Of a stretch of DNA of 64,000 nucleotides, positions 23,041-35,339 are shown in pieces (the first letter of the stretch is position 1; each line of letters opens with the position of its first letter). The stretch covers positions 120,282,001-120,346,000 of the forward strand of contig NC_086097.1 in assembly GCF_963921235.1 (NCBI RefSeq), written 5' to 3'. The DNA is from Mobula hypostoma (taxonomy: Eukaryota). The notes below the pieces were generated by a model, which saw only the letters and a list, made by a program, of their open reading frames with translations, did no database searches and was not told the origin of the DNA. The translations under genes and the position numbers were made by a program.

Positions 23041-23730
23041 CACACTCAGTAGCCACTTCATTAGATACAAGAGTGTACCAAATAAAGTGGCCACTGAGTA
23101 CATGTTTGTGGTCTTTTGCTGCTGTAGTCCATCCACTTCAAGTCCAACATACTGTGCATTCAGAGATATTCTTCTACACACCATTGTTATAGAAACATAG
23201 AAACATAGAAAATAGGTGCAGGAGTAGGCCATTCGGCCCTTCGAGCCTGCACCGCCATTTATTATGATCATGGCTGATCATCCAACTCAGAACCCCGCCC
23301 CAGCCTTCCCTCCATACCCCCTGACCCCCGTAGCCACAAGGGCCATATCTAACTCCCTCTTAAATATAGCTAATGAACTGGCCTCAACAGTTTCCTGTGG
23401 CAGAGAATTCCACAGATTCACCACTCTCTGTGTGAAGAAGTTTTTCCTAATCTCGGTCCTAAAAGGCTTCCCCTCTATCCTCAAACTGTGACCCCTCGTT
23501 CTGGACTTCCCCAACATCGGGAACAATTTTCCTGCATCTAGCCTGTCCAATCCCTTTAGGATCTTATACGTTTCAATCAGATCCCCCCTCAATCTTCTAA
23601 ATTCCAACGAGTACAAGCCTAGTTCATCCAGTCTTTCTTCATATGAAAGTCCTGCCATCCCAACATGTTTGAGTTACTGTAGCTTTCCAATCAGCTTGAA
23701 CCAATCTGACCATTCTATTCTAACCTCTCT
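23041..23730 (-). mobile_element. Tc1 derivative split by a young CR1 fragment
   Basis: Terminal cactcagtagccacttcattagatac at 23043; sequence resumes at ~23661 after the CR1. Confidence 0.8.
23188..23660 (-). mobile_element. Young CR1 3' fragment (~470 bp)
   Basis: ORF 23287-23658 intact (AGLSYEERLDELGLYSLEFRRLRGDLIETYK); (catagaaa)n tail; nearly identical to 34970-35437 and 46050-46520. Confidence 0.95.
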
Positions 23731-23799
23731 TGGGTAATTTTGTTGTGTCTGAGGGAATTTGGGGTGGTTGAGAAATGATTGTGCGGCCTACTGGCAGAG

Positions 23800-24630
23800 C
23801 ACGAACCTATGATCAGTTCCAATTCTCAACCAACTTGCTGATTAAAGTTTAAGCAAGATTGAAATCAACAAGGATGACAGTGGAAAGCAATTGGGTGTTC
23901 AGCACTGTTTGTCTCTGTTTGACCAGTCTTCCTCTCCCTCGTTTTGATTTTGATTGGGGTGGACTGGCTCTTCAGCCTACTGTCTGTAAACGACACAGCA
24001 CGAGATTGAACTGAACTGAACTAAGTTCGACATTCCTAAACTGTTTCAAGGACCCCACAATTTCATTCTTAATATTTTGTGTGTTATTTGCTCATTTTTT
24101 GCTGTTTGCACAATTTGTTCTATTTTGTTTTGCGCTTTAGATATCTGATGTTTTCTTTGAATGGATTCCATGCTGTTACTCTGTTTCGTGGCTGTCTGCA
24201 AGAAGATGAATCTCAGGGTTGTATATTGCGTACATACAAGAGGTAATTGATAAATTTGTGCCCTAAGGTAAAAAGAGATGAGTTATTATCTTCAGACTTT
24301 CTGCATAATCACTCAAGGAGTTGAACTGCACGTGCATGTCACAAGAGCTGTATAACTCATCTCCTTCTACCTTAGGCCACAAACTTATCAATCATGCCTG
24401 CTGTGGACCACTTTCTGGAGGTCCAAGATGCTGACTTCTACAAAGAAGGGATCCATGTGCTCCACAACCGCTGGACTAAGTGTGTAAATATAGGAAGGGA
24501 CTATGTTGAAAAATAAATGTGTTAGGTTTTCTAAAATTGACTCCTTCTACCTTAGGCCACGAATTTATCAATCACCCCTCGTACTGCGATAATAAATGTA
24601 CTTTGAATCTTTGAATCTTTGAATCTTTGA
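23800..24630 (+). mobile_element. SINE-like element with Rex1-type tail (second copy), interrupted by mariner
   Basis: Homology to 2415-3127; tail (ctttgaat)n at 24600-24630. Confidence 0.6.
24237..24581 (+). mobile_element. Mariner deletion derivative / MITE
   Basis: TA TSDs (24235-24236, 24582-24583); ~40-bp imperfect TIRs; retains the transposase C-terminus FYKEGIHVLHNRWTKCVNIGRDYVEK*. Confidence 0.88.
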
Positions 24631-25824
24631 AACCCACCCCTGCTGGTGAGTCTGACGGATGGTTAAATCCTAAGGCCAATGCTTCTTTGATGTACTCTTC
24701 CATAGCCATCATTGCAGGATGAGAGAGGGAAATGAGCCAACCATGGGAAGGACTAGTTCTGGGTAAGGGGTGAAATTGTGCAGTCATATGGCCAGTGTTG
24801 AGGCAAGGAGGTGGCCTTCTATTTGCTGAAAACTCAAAAAGGTCAGCACATTCAGTAACGATACTAGACAGGTCCATACCAGCAGTGGACACAGGAGGGT
24901 ATTTGTGGACAGGAGCTTGAGGTGGACCCAAAGAGGTAGACAGGCATGCTTATCCCAAATAGTGTAGCATCTTTAGGAACCAGTGAATCCATGGGTTGTG
25001 TCGAGGTAACTAGGGAAGGCCAAGCCCCAGCAGCTGTTCCGGCGATTCAACCAGATGGAAGGAGAGCTGTTCCCAAATGTTAACCTGTAAAATAAGTTAG
25101 AGGGGTTCTCTGGAAAAGTTCCCAGAGTCCGACCATCCAAGGCCTTGGCATCAATATTTGAGCCAAAGAGATATCCAAAAGGTTTCCAGCTGCCCCGGCG
25201 TCAATAAGTGCCTGAAACTCATGGGTCTAAGAGCCGCACAACAAGGAAGCTGGAAGCATTACACAATGAGGGGAAAATCCTTCCAGGGAGAATCAACCCA
25301 TCAGAATTCCCCTTCCTGTAGAAAGGTATCTTCTTTTACGGGGCATGTGACATCTTGTGGCACCCTTTCTCAGCACTACACAGTTGCCTGATTGCCAATT
25401 CAAATGGCCAGATTACTCAGGAAATCCAGGCTGACCTGCTTGTCATACACTATGATCTCATGCTGGATCTCTGTGCTTAGTTCCTGTTGGAAGGCAGTGA
25501 TGAGGGAATGCTCATTCCACCCTATCCCCACTGGAAGCATGTGGAACTTTACTGCATAATCACTTGCTGTTCCTCTACCTTGGCGCAGATTTAGGGATCA
25601 GTGCCTAGCTTCCTGATCCCATACTGGAAGGTCAATAACTCTCTTGAAATCGAAAACAAATTGCTGAATCAACTGGGCTGCGGTGCAACTTTGTTCCTGT
25701 AGAGTGTTGAACAGGCTGAGTGGGAGCCTGCCTATGTATGCCACCGAACCAACCAGGCTGGGCTTAGAAAGTCACCTCACACTGGGTAATAAAATTCCTG
25801 CAGCCGTTAAGGTCACCTGAGTAT

Positions 25825-27796
25825 GGGGGGCGTCACGTGATGACGTAGGATTGAGACGTGTAAATCCAGCTTTCCCGTAAAAAATCAGCAAAGTACTGTT
25901 TAAACAAAGTAAAATTAATAAATACTTTCCGAAAACTACTTATAAACTTTGTAAGACTACTCTACGATATGCCTCGTAAACCGCAACAGAAAAAGTCTGT
26001 TGTTGTGAAGTCGCCGCGAGATGGGAAGAAAAAAGGGCCTACTGCAGCGATGGAGCCTCGATTCAGGTTGGATCTCCTTCAGAGGAGACGCATTTTATCT
26101 CTGGCGTAGAAGAACGGGGAGCAATAGCGGCTGTAGTGGTCTCTCGGAAGAAGATGTCGGAATTGCGCATGCGCAAATCGACACAATTTAAACTACAAGA
26201 ACCGACAGCCGCTGCAACTGAAAGTGACTCAGAGTCAGAATTGGATACCGCAGAGAATACAGATGAAGAAGAGGAGGAAGAACTGGAAGAGATTGGAGGT
26301 AAAGGAAACGATGGAGACATAAGAGAGGCTTTATTGCAGTTAACGGCTGAATTAAGAAAATTAAGAACAGAGATTAGAGACATGAAGATGTGCTATGATA
26401 AAGCTATGAAAAGACAGGATAAAATGGATAAGAGACTTCAGAAGATGGAAAGAACAATGGAGCATATTAACAATAGAGTGGAAAAAACAGAAAATAATGT
26501 GCTTGTCTGGAACACGGAAAAAAATCAACTCTTGGAGAAAATGGACGTGTTGGAAAATTTTAGTAGACGTAATAACATTAAAATTGTTGGTCTCAAAGAA
26601 GGTATAGAGGGAGATAATCCAACAGAATTTTTTCAAAGATGGATCCCGAAAACGTTGCAAATGAAAGAGGAAGACCGATCAATTAAAATTGAGCGGGTAC
26701 ATAGAGCTCTGAGACCAAAACCACAAGATGACCAATATCCACGATCAATTTTAATCAAATTCTTAAGATTTCAAGACAAAGAAAGGATTCTACAGGCAGC
26801 TGCCCAAGCTGCCAAGAAGAGAAAAGGGCCACTGATGATAGAAGGGAAGAATATTTTTTTCTATCCTGATATAAGTTATGAAGTTTTGAAAAGAAGGAAG
26901 AAGTTTAATCCAGTGGAAAAAACCCTATGGAATTACGGTTATCAATTTATATTGTGTTATCTTGCAACCTTGAAGATTTTCTTGCCTGGTGGAGAAAGAA
27001 GATTTTTTTGATGATTACTGGAAAGCGGAGGAGTTTGTGCGAGATTCTTTGAATATTCACCAGATACAAGAACAAACTTAGGGGAGCGAGATGGATTGAA
27101 GATGAAGACTGGATCAAGGATTAGGCCTGTTGAATTTTTAGGTGGATGAATATATAAATATATTATTAATTACAAGAAGGAGGGGAAGAAAGGTTAAAAT
27201 TTGAGGAATATTAGTTGGGAATAATAACATTAATTTTATATATATATATAATTTTTTGTTACGGGGGAGCTGGAAGAAACATTGTCCAATTGCTACGTTA
27301 TTCATGTGTGCAAGCGTGGCAACAGCCACGACCCGCACAGTGGAGGGGGGTAGTGTTGTGTATCTTTTCATTCACAACATTAGTGGGGGGGTATCTGTCT
27401 TTTTTTTTCTTTTTGCCTGGATGATTGGGAGGGAAGCGTATAGCAACATGGTGAAGTTCAAAGAGATTCCCCAGGGAACTATGAGAGTTGAGAAGCTAAA
27501 TAATGTTTTAGATTTTAAGAGGTAAATATGTAACACTTTTGAATACTTGGAGCCCTTATTTATAGCTCCGATGATGAAGGTCTGGGTTCCTTGGGGGAAA
27601 GTAACAAATATATATTAAATTTATTTTTATCCCATGGAGCATGTGCAAACCTTCCAATATTCAGGCGGTTCCTTTATTTCTCTTTTTTTTTCTTTTCTTT
27701 TTAGGTAGGAGTATATATTGGGGGGGGGAGGGGGAGGGTAGATATTTTTTTTTCTCATGTATCACTTGAAAACTCAATAAAAATTATATTAAAGAA
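25825..27796 (+). mobile_element. ORF1-only L1 element (HAL1-like)
   Basis: 16-bp TSD aaggtcacctgagtat (25809-25824, 27797-27812); G-run 5' end; L1 ORF1; aataaa plus A-rich 3' end; no endonuclease or RT. Confidence 0.9.
25969..27081 (+). pseudogene. L1 ORF1p (coiled coil + RRM + CTD) with two apparent 1-nt frameshifts; core open at 26136-27011
   Basis: LENFSRRNNIKIVGLKEG, IERVHR, PRSILIKFLRFQDKERIL, IFFYPDIS; upstream MPRKPQQKK start and downstream DDYWKAEEF..* lie in shifted frames. Confidence 0.88.
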
Positions 27797-28834
27797 AAGG
27801 TCACCTGAGTATCTGCCTGGTGGAGGAAACTCCTTACTGGTTAGGTTGCAGTTGGGGCATTAGTGGCCTAGATTGATGAACCTTTGAAGAGGAAGATGTG
27901 GGAGATGTTAGAAGTGAGACTGACATGGCTAAAGGCTGCAGAATTGCAGCAATGTGAGTTGCAGTGGTGGTTACCTGATTCTGGCTGTCCATTGTAAGCT
28001 GTGGAACTGTGGCTGTGAGAGCAGTAATCACTGCTGCCTGATCCAGCAGTGTGCCGTGAGCTGCTGAACCATTGCTACAAGGGCTGACACCTGTTCGTCC
28101 AGCTGGGACACTTCTTGCCATTATGAAAGCACCTGCTGCTCTGTGAGAGACACACTGGCCAATCCGGCTTCTACTGATTTTAGTTTCTTCATCACAACTT
28201 TGAGTTGGACTAGCCTTGTCATTCAGAGAGCATCTGTCTCACTGCTTGAGTCTCTACTCCCAATGCAGCTTCAACTGACTGTAACTTCACTCCTATCTGG
28301 CCAATGAATGTCAGCGCCAAGGTCAGTTGTTCTCTCCCTGCTGGGTCCATTCTCTGTTGTCAAAACATTCTGACAGGGATGTGCAGTCAGAGCCCAAGTG
28401 CAGAGGGAGAGACAATGGAATGGATCAATAGTTTACTGACTTTTAATCGAAACTGTGCAGAAATAAAGGAAAAACTATAACACTAGCCCAAACTAAATGC
28501 AAATACAGCAGCTCATCAGTAGTAGCTTAATATTAAACAAGTACTGTTCTTCAGCAGTGTTAGTCTTCTTTCCCAGAACCAAGATAACAGTAAGCAGAGA
28601 GCACTGACATTGCTCTGTTTTTTGTCAAGTCTCGACAAGACTGACACAAGAGCGGGAGAGTTAAGTGTCTCCACAATAAAACACTAATTGTCTGGAACAT
28701 GCAGACTCACAAGTGTGATTGCCGAGCCCATTCCGCAGCCTGCCTGCGAGGGCACGCAGACCCCGTCTTTGTGACAAAACTAGAGAGCTGCAAAAATGGA
28801 CTTCATTGTCAGTTACACTTTAAATTTACTGTAC

Positions 28835-29387
28835 CACTTTATTAGGTACCTCTTGTACTTAACTAATTGAGCACTGAGCGTATGTTCATGGTTTTCTGCT
28901 GCTGTAGCCCATCCATTTCAAGGTTCAATGTGTATGCATTTAGAGACACTCTCTGCACACCACTGTTGTAACACACGGTTATTTGAATGACCGTTGGCTT
29001 CCTGTCATCCTGAGCCAATTTGCCCAATCTCTTCCGAACTATCTCATTTACAAGGCGGTTCCGTCCATTGATGTTCACTAGATTTTTTTTTGCTTCTTGT
29101 ACCACTTTCTGTAAACTGTAGAGATTGTTTTGTGTGAAAATCACAGAAGATCAGCAGTTTCTGAGATATTCAAATCATCCTGTCTGGCACCAACAATCAT
29201 TCCACAATCAAAGTCACTTGGGTCACATTTCTTCCCCATTCTGATGTCTGGTCTAAACAACAACTGAACCTCTTGACCATGTCTGGATGCTTTTGTGCAT
29301 TGAGTTGCTGCCACATGTTTCGCTGATTAGATATTGCATTAATGAGCAGGTGTAGAGGTGTGCCTAATTTAGTGGCCACTGAGTGTA
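28835..29387 (-). mobile_element. Near-complete Tc1-derived non-autonomous element
   Basis: Both terminal repeats (cac..tttattaggtacc / ggtgtgcctaatttagtggccactgagtg-ta); reverse complement of the 41550-42110 copy. Confidence 0.85.
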
Positions 29388-29731
29388 TGAAAGGAAATAC
29401 GTAACATTGCAGCCCCTTTCACTGATATTGTGCAGCCCACTGGCTGACAAACAGCAGAAGACTTTAGGGATTGTGCTAGGACTGAAGGTAAGATGTACAG
29501 TATCCCAGATATAGCATTGTGGATCCAGCACTCAGATTGACCAGCATGTGCAAGAAGAAAGGAAGCAACTGTTTAACCGATGAAACAAACGTAGGATGAG
29601 GTTTCTCACAGCACTGCAGCCAAGACACCATGTTCTCGATCTGCCAGAAACGTACTGATATGATAATGTGGTCAAGTTAAGATCATGTCTCCCAGATACA
29701 ATATTAAGAACTGCACCACCTTAACTGTTAA

Positions 29732-29930
29732 ACTGTTGAGGCCAGTTCATTGGCTATGTTTAAGAGGGAGTTAGATATGGCCCTTGTGGCTACGGGGGTC
29801 AGGGGGTATGGAGGGAAGGCTGGGGCGGGGTTCTGAGTTGGATGAACAGCCATGATCATAATAAATGGCGGTGCAGGCTCGAAGGGCTGAATGGCCTACT
29901 CCTGCACCTATTTTCTATGTTTCTATGTTT
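29732..29930 (+). mobile_element. Young CR1 3' tail
   Basis: gttgaggccagttcattggc..gcacctattttctatgtttctatg. Confidence 0.92.
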
Positions 29931-29931
29931 A

Positions 29932-30727
29932 GTACAGGGCTACGGTAGGAAACTTTGTCACATGGTGTGAGCAGAATTATCTGCAGCTTAATTTGAAAAA
30001 GACTAAGCAGCTGGTGGTAGACCTGAGGAGAGCCAAGGTACCGGTGACCCATGTTTCCATCCAGGGGTCAGAGTGGACATGGTGGAGGATTACAAATACC
30101 TGGGGATACGATTTGACAATAAACCGACTGGTCAAAGAACACTGAGGCAGTCTACAAGAAGGGTCAGAGCCATCTCTATTTCCTGAGGAGACTGAGGTCC
30201 TTTAACATCTGCCGGACAATGCTGAGGATGTGCTGCAAGTGGTGGCCAGTGCTATCATGTTTACTGTTGTGCACTGGGGCAGCAGGCTGAGGGTAGCAGA
30301 TACCAACAGAATCAACAAACTCATTCGTAAGGCCAGTGATGTTGTGGGGATGGAACTGGACTCTCTGACGGTGGTGTCTGAAAAGAGGATGCTGTCTAAG
30401 TTGCATGCCATCTTGGTCAATGTCTACCATCCACTACATAATGTACTGGGTGGGCACAGGAGTACATTCAGCTAGAGACTCATTCCACCGAGGTGCAGCA
30501 TGGAACGTCATAGGAAGTCATTCCTGCCTGTGGCCATCAAACTTTACATCTCCTCCCTTGGAGGGTCAGATACCCTGAGCCAATAGGCTGGTCCTGGACT
30601 TATGTCATAATTTACATATTGCTATTTAACTATTTATGGTTCTATTACTATTTATTATTTATGGTGCAACTGTAATGAAAACCAATTTCCGCCGGGATCA
30701 ATAAAGTATAACTATGACTATGACTAT
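29932..30727 (+). mobile_element. Rex1/Babar LINE 3' part, family with (ctatga)n tail
   Basis: KYLG...LDW..NT..VYKKGQS.LYFLRRLRSF; ORF 30230-30475; same family reversed at 48143-48484. Confidence 0.88.
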
Positions 30728-31386
30728 TTCCTGCTGCAATAGCCCATCAAATTCAAGGGTCGATGGTTTGAGCATTCAGAGATGACCTCCTGAACACTAC
30801 GAAATGAAGTCCAAGTTTATTTGAGGTACTGTCTCCTTCCTGTCAGCTTGAACAGTCTGGCCATTCTCCTCTACCTCTCTCATTTACTAGGCATTTTTGC
30901 CCACAGTGCTGCTGCTCATCGAAGAAGGAAGTCTGGGAATCGGAGCGGGAGTGCGGAGGAAGCCATTTTTGAATTTTTTGGTTTTTTTTCCATCGGCGTT
31001 CAGAGAGATGGGACTGCGCAGGTATGTGACGTTGGGCAGTGAAGCGCGAAAGATTTAAAAGGACAGAAATCCTGCTTTGGGTTTAATTTGAAGAAGGGAG
31101 TCTGAGAATCGGAGTGTGAGTGCGGAGGAAGCCATTTCTGAATTTTTTTTCCATCGGCGTTCAGAGAGGAGGGACTGCGCAGGCGTGTGACGTCAGGCAG
31201 TGAAGTGCGGAAGATTTAAAAGGAACAGAGCCTCATACAGTGGGCAACGGAGTTCACGGGCAGCGGAGTGAGTTGGGAGCAAAGTGAAGGCTTAAGGGCT
31301 TCGGCTCAATGGGCTTAGGCAGAAACGGGTGAGATGAGGAAGGTTTGGTATTCATTTTTTGTTGTTATTTGAGGAGAGGGCCAGTA

Positions 31387-32322
31387 TGAGTGTGAGGGCA
31401 GTTTTTTGTTCTCGGTGCCGGATGTGGGAGGCCCTGAAGTCTCCAAGCCTCCTGGACGTCTACATCTACGCCAGGCGTGCCGAGGTGCTGCTCCTAAGGG
31501 ACTGCGTTAGGGAACTGGAGCTGCAGCTCGATGACCTTCGTCTGGTCAAGGAGAGTGAGGAGTTGATAGAGAGGAGTTACAGGCAGGTGGTCACACCGGG
31601 GCCACGGGAGGCAGACCAGTGGGTCACGGTTAGGAGGGGGAAGGGGAAGAGTCAGGTAATAGAGAGTATCCCAGTGGCTGTGCCCCTTGACAATAGGTAC
31701 TCCTGTTTGAGTACTGTTGCGGGGGACAGCTTACCTGGGGGGAAGCGACAGTGGCCGTGCCTCCGGCACAGAGTCTGGCCCTGTAGCTCAGAAGAGTAGG
31801 GAAAGGAAGAGGAGGGCAGTTGTAATAGGGGACTTGATAGTAAGAGGGTCAGATAGGCGATTCTGTGGACGCAGTCCAGAGACCCGGATGGTAGTTTACC
31901 TCCCTGGTGCCAGGGTCCGGGATATTTCTGATCGCATCCAAGATATCCTGAAGTGGGAGCGAGAGGAGCCAGAGGTCGTTGTACATATAGGTACCAATGA
32001 CATAGGGAGGAAAAGGGAAGAGGTCCTGAAAGGATAATATAGGGAGTTAGGAAGGGAGTTGAGAAAAAGGACCGCAAAGGTAGTAATCTCGGGATTACTG
32101 CCTGTGACACGCGACAGTGAGAGTAGGAATGCAATGAGGTGGAGGATAAATGTGTGGCTGAGGGATTGGAGCAGGGGGCAGGGATTCAAGTTTTTGGATC
32201 ATTGGGACCTCGTTTGGCGCAGGTATGACCTGTACAAAAAGGACGGGTTACACTTGAATCCTAGGGGGACCAATATCCTGGCGGGGAGATTTGTGCGGGC
32301 TACTGAGGTGACTTTAAACTAG
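31387..32322 (+). pseudogene. CR1 ORF1 (Cys motif, coiled coil, SGNH/GDSL esterase-like domain), disrupted
   Basis: MSVRAVFCSRCRMW; VVIGD.IVRG; VHIGTNDIG; DGLHLN; frameshift near 31740 and stop at 32035. Confidence 0.9.
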
Positions 32323-32423
32323 AATGGTTGGGGGGTGGGAATCAAATTAAAGAGACAACGAGAGAGGCGGTTAGTTCACAACAGGGGAATGGGAACAAGT
32401 GCAGTGTGACAGAGGGGTGTAAA

Positions 32424-35339
32424 ATGAGGGTAGAAGCAAATCGCAGCAAGGTAAAAAGTAAGAGTGGCAGGCCGGAAAATCCAGGGCAAAAATCAGAAAG
32501 GGGCACTTTTCATCATAATTGTATAAGGGCTAAGAGTGTTCTAAAAGCGAGCCTGAAGGCTTTATGTGTCAATGCAAGGACCATTCGTAACAATGTGGAT
32601 GAGTTAAAAGTGCAGTTTGTTATTAATGAATATGATATAGTTGGGATCACAGAGATGTGGCTCCAGGGTGACCAGGGATGGGAGCTCAACATTCAGGGAT
32701 ATTCAATATTCAGGAGGGATTGACATGAAAGAAAAGGAGGTGGGGTAGCATTGCTGGTTAGAGAGGAGATTAATGCAATAGAAAAGAAGGACATTAGCCG
32801 GGAGGATGTGGAATCGATATGGGTAGAGCTGCATAACACTAAGGGGCAGAAAACACTAGTGGGAGTTGTGTACAGGCCACCTAACAGTAGCTGTGAGGTT
32901 GGGGATGGTATTAAACAGGAAATTAGAAATGTGTGCAATAAAGGAACAGCAGTGACTTCAATCTACATATAGATTGGGTGAACCAAATTGGTAAGGGTGC
33001 TGAAGAAGGTTTCTTGGAATGTATGTGGGATGGTTTTTTGACCAACATGTCGAGGAACCAACTAGAGAGCAGGCTATTCTAGACTGGGTATTGAGCAATG
33101 AGGAAGGGTTAATTAGCAATCTTGTCGTGAGAGGCCCCTTGGGTAAGAGTGACCATAATATGGTGGAATTCTTTATTAAGATGGAGAGTGACATAGTTAA
33201 TTCAGAAACAGAAGTTCTGAACTTAAAGAAGAGTAACTTTGAAGGTATGAGACGTGAATTAGCTAAGATAGACTGGCAAATGACACTTAAAGGATTGACG
33301 GTGGATATGCAATGGCAAGCATTTAAAGGTTGCATGGATGAACTACAACAATTGTTCATCCCAGTTTGGCAAAAGAATAAATCAAGGAAGGTAGTGCACC
33401 CGTGGCTGACAAGGGAAATTAGCGATAATATCAATTCCAAAGAGGAAACATACAAATTAGCCAGAAAAAGTGGCTCACCTGTGGATTGGGAGAAATTCAG
33501 AGTCCAGCAGAAGAGGACAAAGGGCTTAATTAGGAAATGGAAAAAGATTATGAGAGAAAACTGGCAGGGAACATAAAAACTGATTGTAAAAGCTTTTATA
33601 GATATCTGAAAAGAAAAAGATTGGTTAAGACAAATGTAGGTTCCCTACAGACAGAAACAGGTGAATTGATTATGGGGAGCAAGGACATGGCAGACCAATT
33701 GAATAAGTACTTTGGTTCTGTCTTCACTAAAGAGGACATAAATAATCTTCTGGAAATAGTAGGGAACAGAGGGTCCAGTGAGATGGAGGAACTGAGGGAC
33801 ATACATGTTGGTAGGGAAGTGGTGTTAGGTAAATTGAAGGGATTAAAGGCAGATAAATCCCCAGGGCCAGATGGTCTGCATCCCAGAGTGCTTAAGGAAG
33901 TAGCCCAAGAAATAATGGATGCATTAGTGATAATTTTTCAAAACTTTTATATTCTGGACTAGTTCCAGAGGATTAGAGGGTGGCTAATGTAACCCCACTT
34001 TTTAAAAAAGGAGGGAGAGGGAAACCGAGGAATTATAGACTGGTTAGCCTTACATCAGTGGTGGGGAAAATGCTAGAGTCAGTTATCAAAGATGTGATAA
34101 CAGCACATTTGGAAAGTGCTGAAATCATCGGACAAAGTCAGCATGGATTTGTGAAAGGAAAATCATGTCTGACGAATCTCATAGAATTTTTTGAGGATGT
34201 AACTAGTAGAGTGGATAGGGGAGAACCAGTGGATGTGGTATATTTGGATTTTCAAAAGGCTTTTGACAAGGTCCCACACAGGAGATTAGTATGCAAACTT
34301 AAAGCACACGGTATTGGGGGTAAGGTATTGATGTGGATAGAGAATTGGTTGGCAGCCGGGAAGCAAAGATTGGGAATAAACAGGACCTTTTCAGAATGGC
34401 AGGCAGTGACTAGTGGAGTACTGCAAGGCTCTGTGCTGGGACCCCAGTTGTTTACAATATATATTAATGACTTAGATGAGGGAATTAAATGCAGCATCTC
34501 CAAGTTGCGGATGACACGAAGCTGGGCGGCAGTGTTAGCTGTGAGGAGGATGCTAAGACGATGCAGGGTGACTTGGATAGGTTAGGTGAGTGGGCAAATT
34601 CATGGCAGATGCAATTTAATGTGGATAAATGTGAGGTTATCCACTTTGTTGGCAAAACAGGAAAACAGATTATTATCTAAATGGTGGCCAATTAGTGAAA
34701 GGGGAGGTGCAATGAGACCTGGGTGTCATTATGCACCAGTCATTGAAAGTGGCCATGCAGGTACAGCAGGCGGTGAAAAAGGCGAATGGTATGCTGGCAT
34801 TTATAGCGAGAGGATTCGAGTACAGGAGCAGGGAGGTACTACTGCAGTTGTACAAGACCTTGGTGAGACCACACCTGGAGTATTGTGTGCAGTTTTGGTC
34901 CCCTAATCTGAGGAAAGACATCCTTGCCATAGAGGGAGTACAAAGAAGGTTCACCAGATTGATTCCTGGAAAGGCAGGACTTTCATATGATGAAAGACTG
35001 GATCGACTAGGCCTATACTTGTTGGAATTTAGAAGATTGAGGGGGGATCTTATTGAAACATATAAAATCCTAAAGGGATTGGACAGGCTAGATGCAGAAA
35101 GATTGTTCTCAATGTTGGGGAAGTCCAGAATGAAGGGTCACAGTTTGAGGATAAAGGGGAAGCCTTTTAGGACCGAGATTAGGAAAAACATCTTCACACA
35201 GAGAGTGGTGAATCTGTGGAATTCTCTGCCTCAGGAAACAGTTGAGGCCAGTTCATTGGCAATATTTAAGAGGGAGTTAGATATGGCCCTTGTGGCTAAA
35301 GGGATCGGGGGTATGGGGGGAAGGCTGGTAGGGTTCTGA
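32424..35339 (+). pseudogene. CR1 ORF2 (APE endonuclease + reverse transcriptase), with multiple stops and frameshifts
   Basis: CVNAR.IRN, DIVGITE.WL, GVVYRPP, SDHNMV, YLDFQKAFD, ADDTKLG; spread over ORFs 32328-35339. Confidence 0.93.

Larger units (their letters stand above)
24632..28776 (-). mobile_element. Decayed Ty3/Gypsy (Sushi-like) element: 5' LTR, gag, protease and RT start; split by an L1
   Basis: LTR 28371-28776 (TGTCAC..TGTCA on minus); ATGGACCCAGCA gag start near 28350; gag LRQGRGTASDYAVKF near 25550-25590; protease ALIDAGAAGN near 25185-25212; MEEYIKEALALGF..SPAG.GF at 24632-24703. Confidence 0.85.

Noticed and set aside
31717..32322. Apparent host GDSL/SGNH lipase gene
   Set aside because: It is the known esterase-like domain of CR1 ORF1, in its normal position upstream of ORF2
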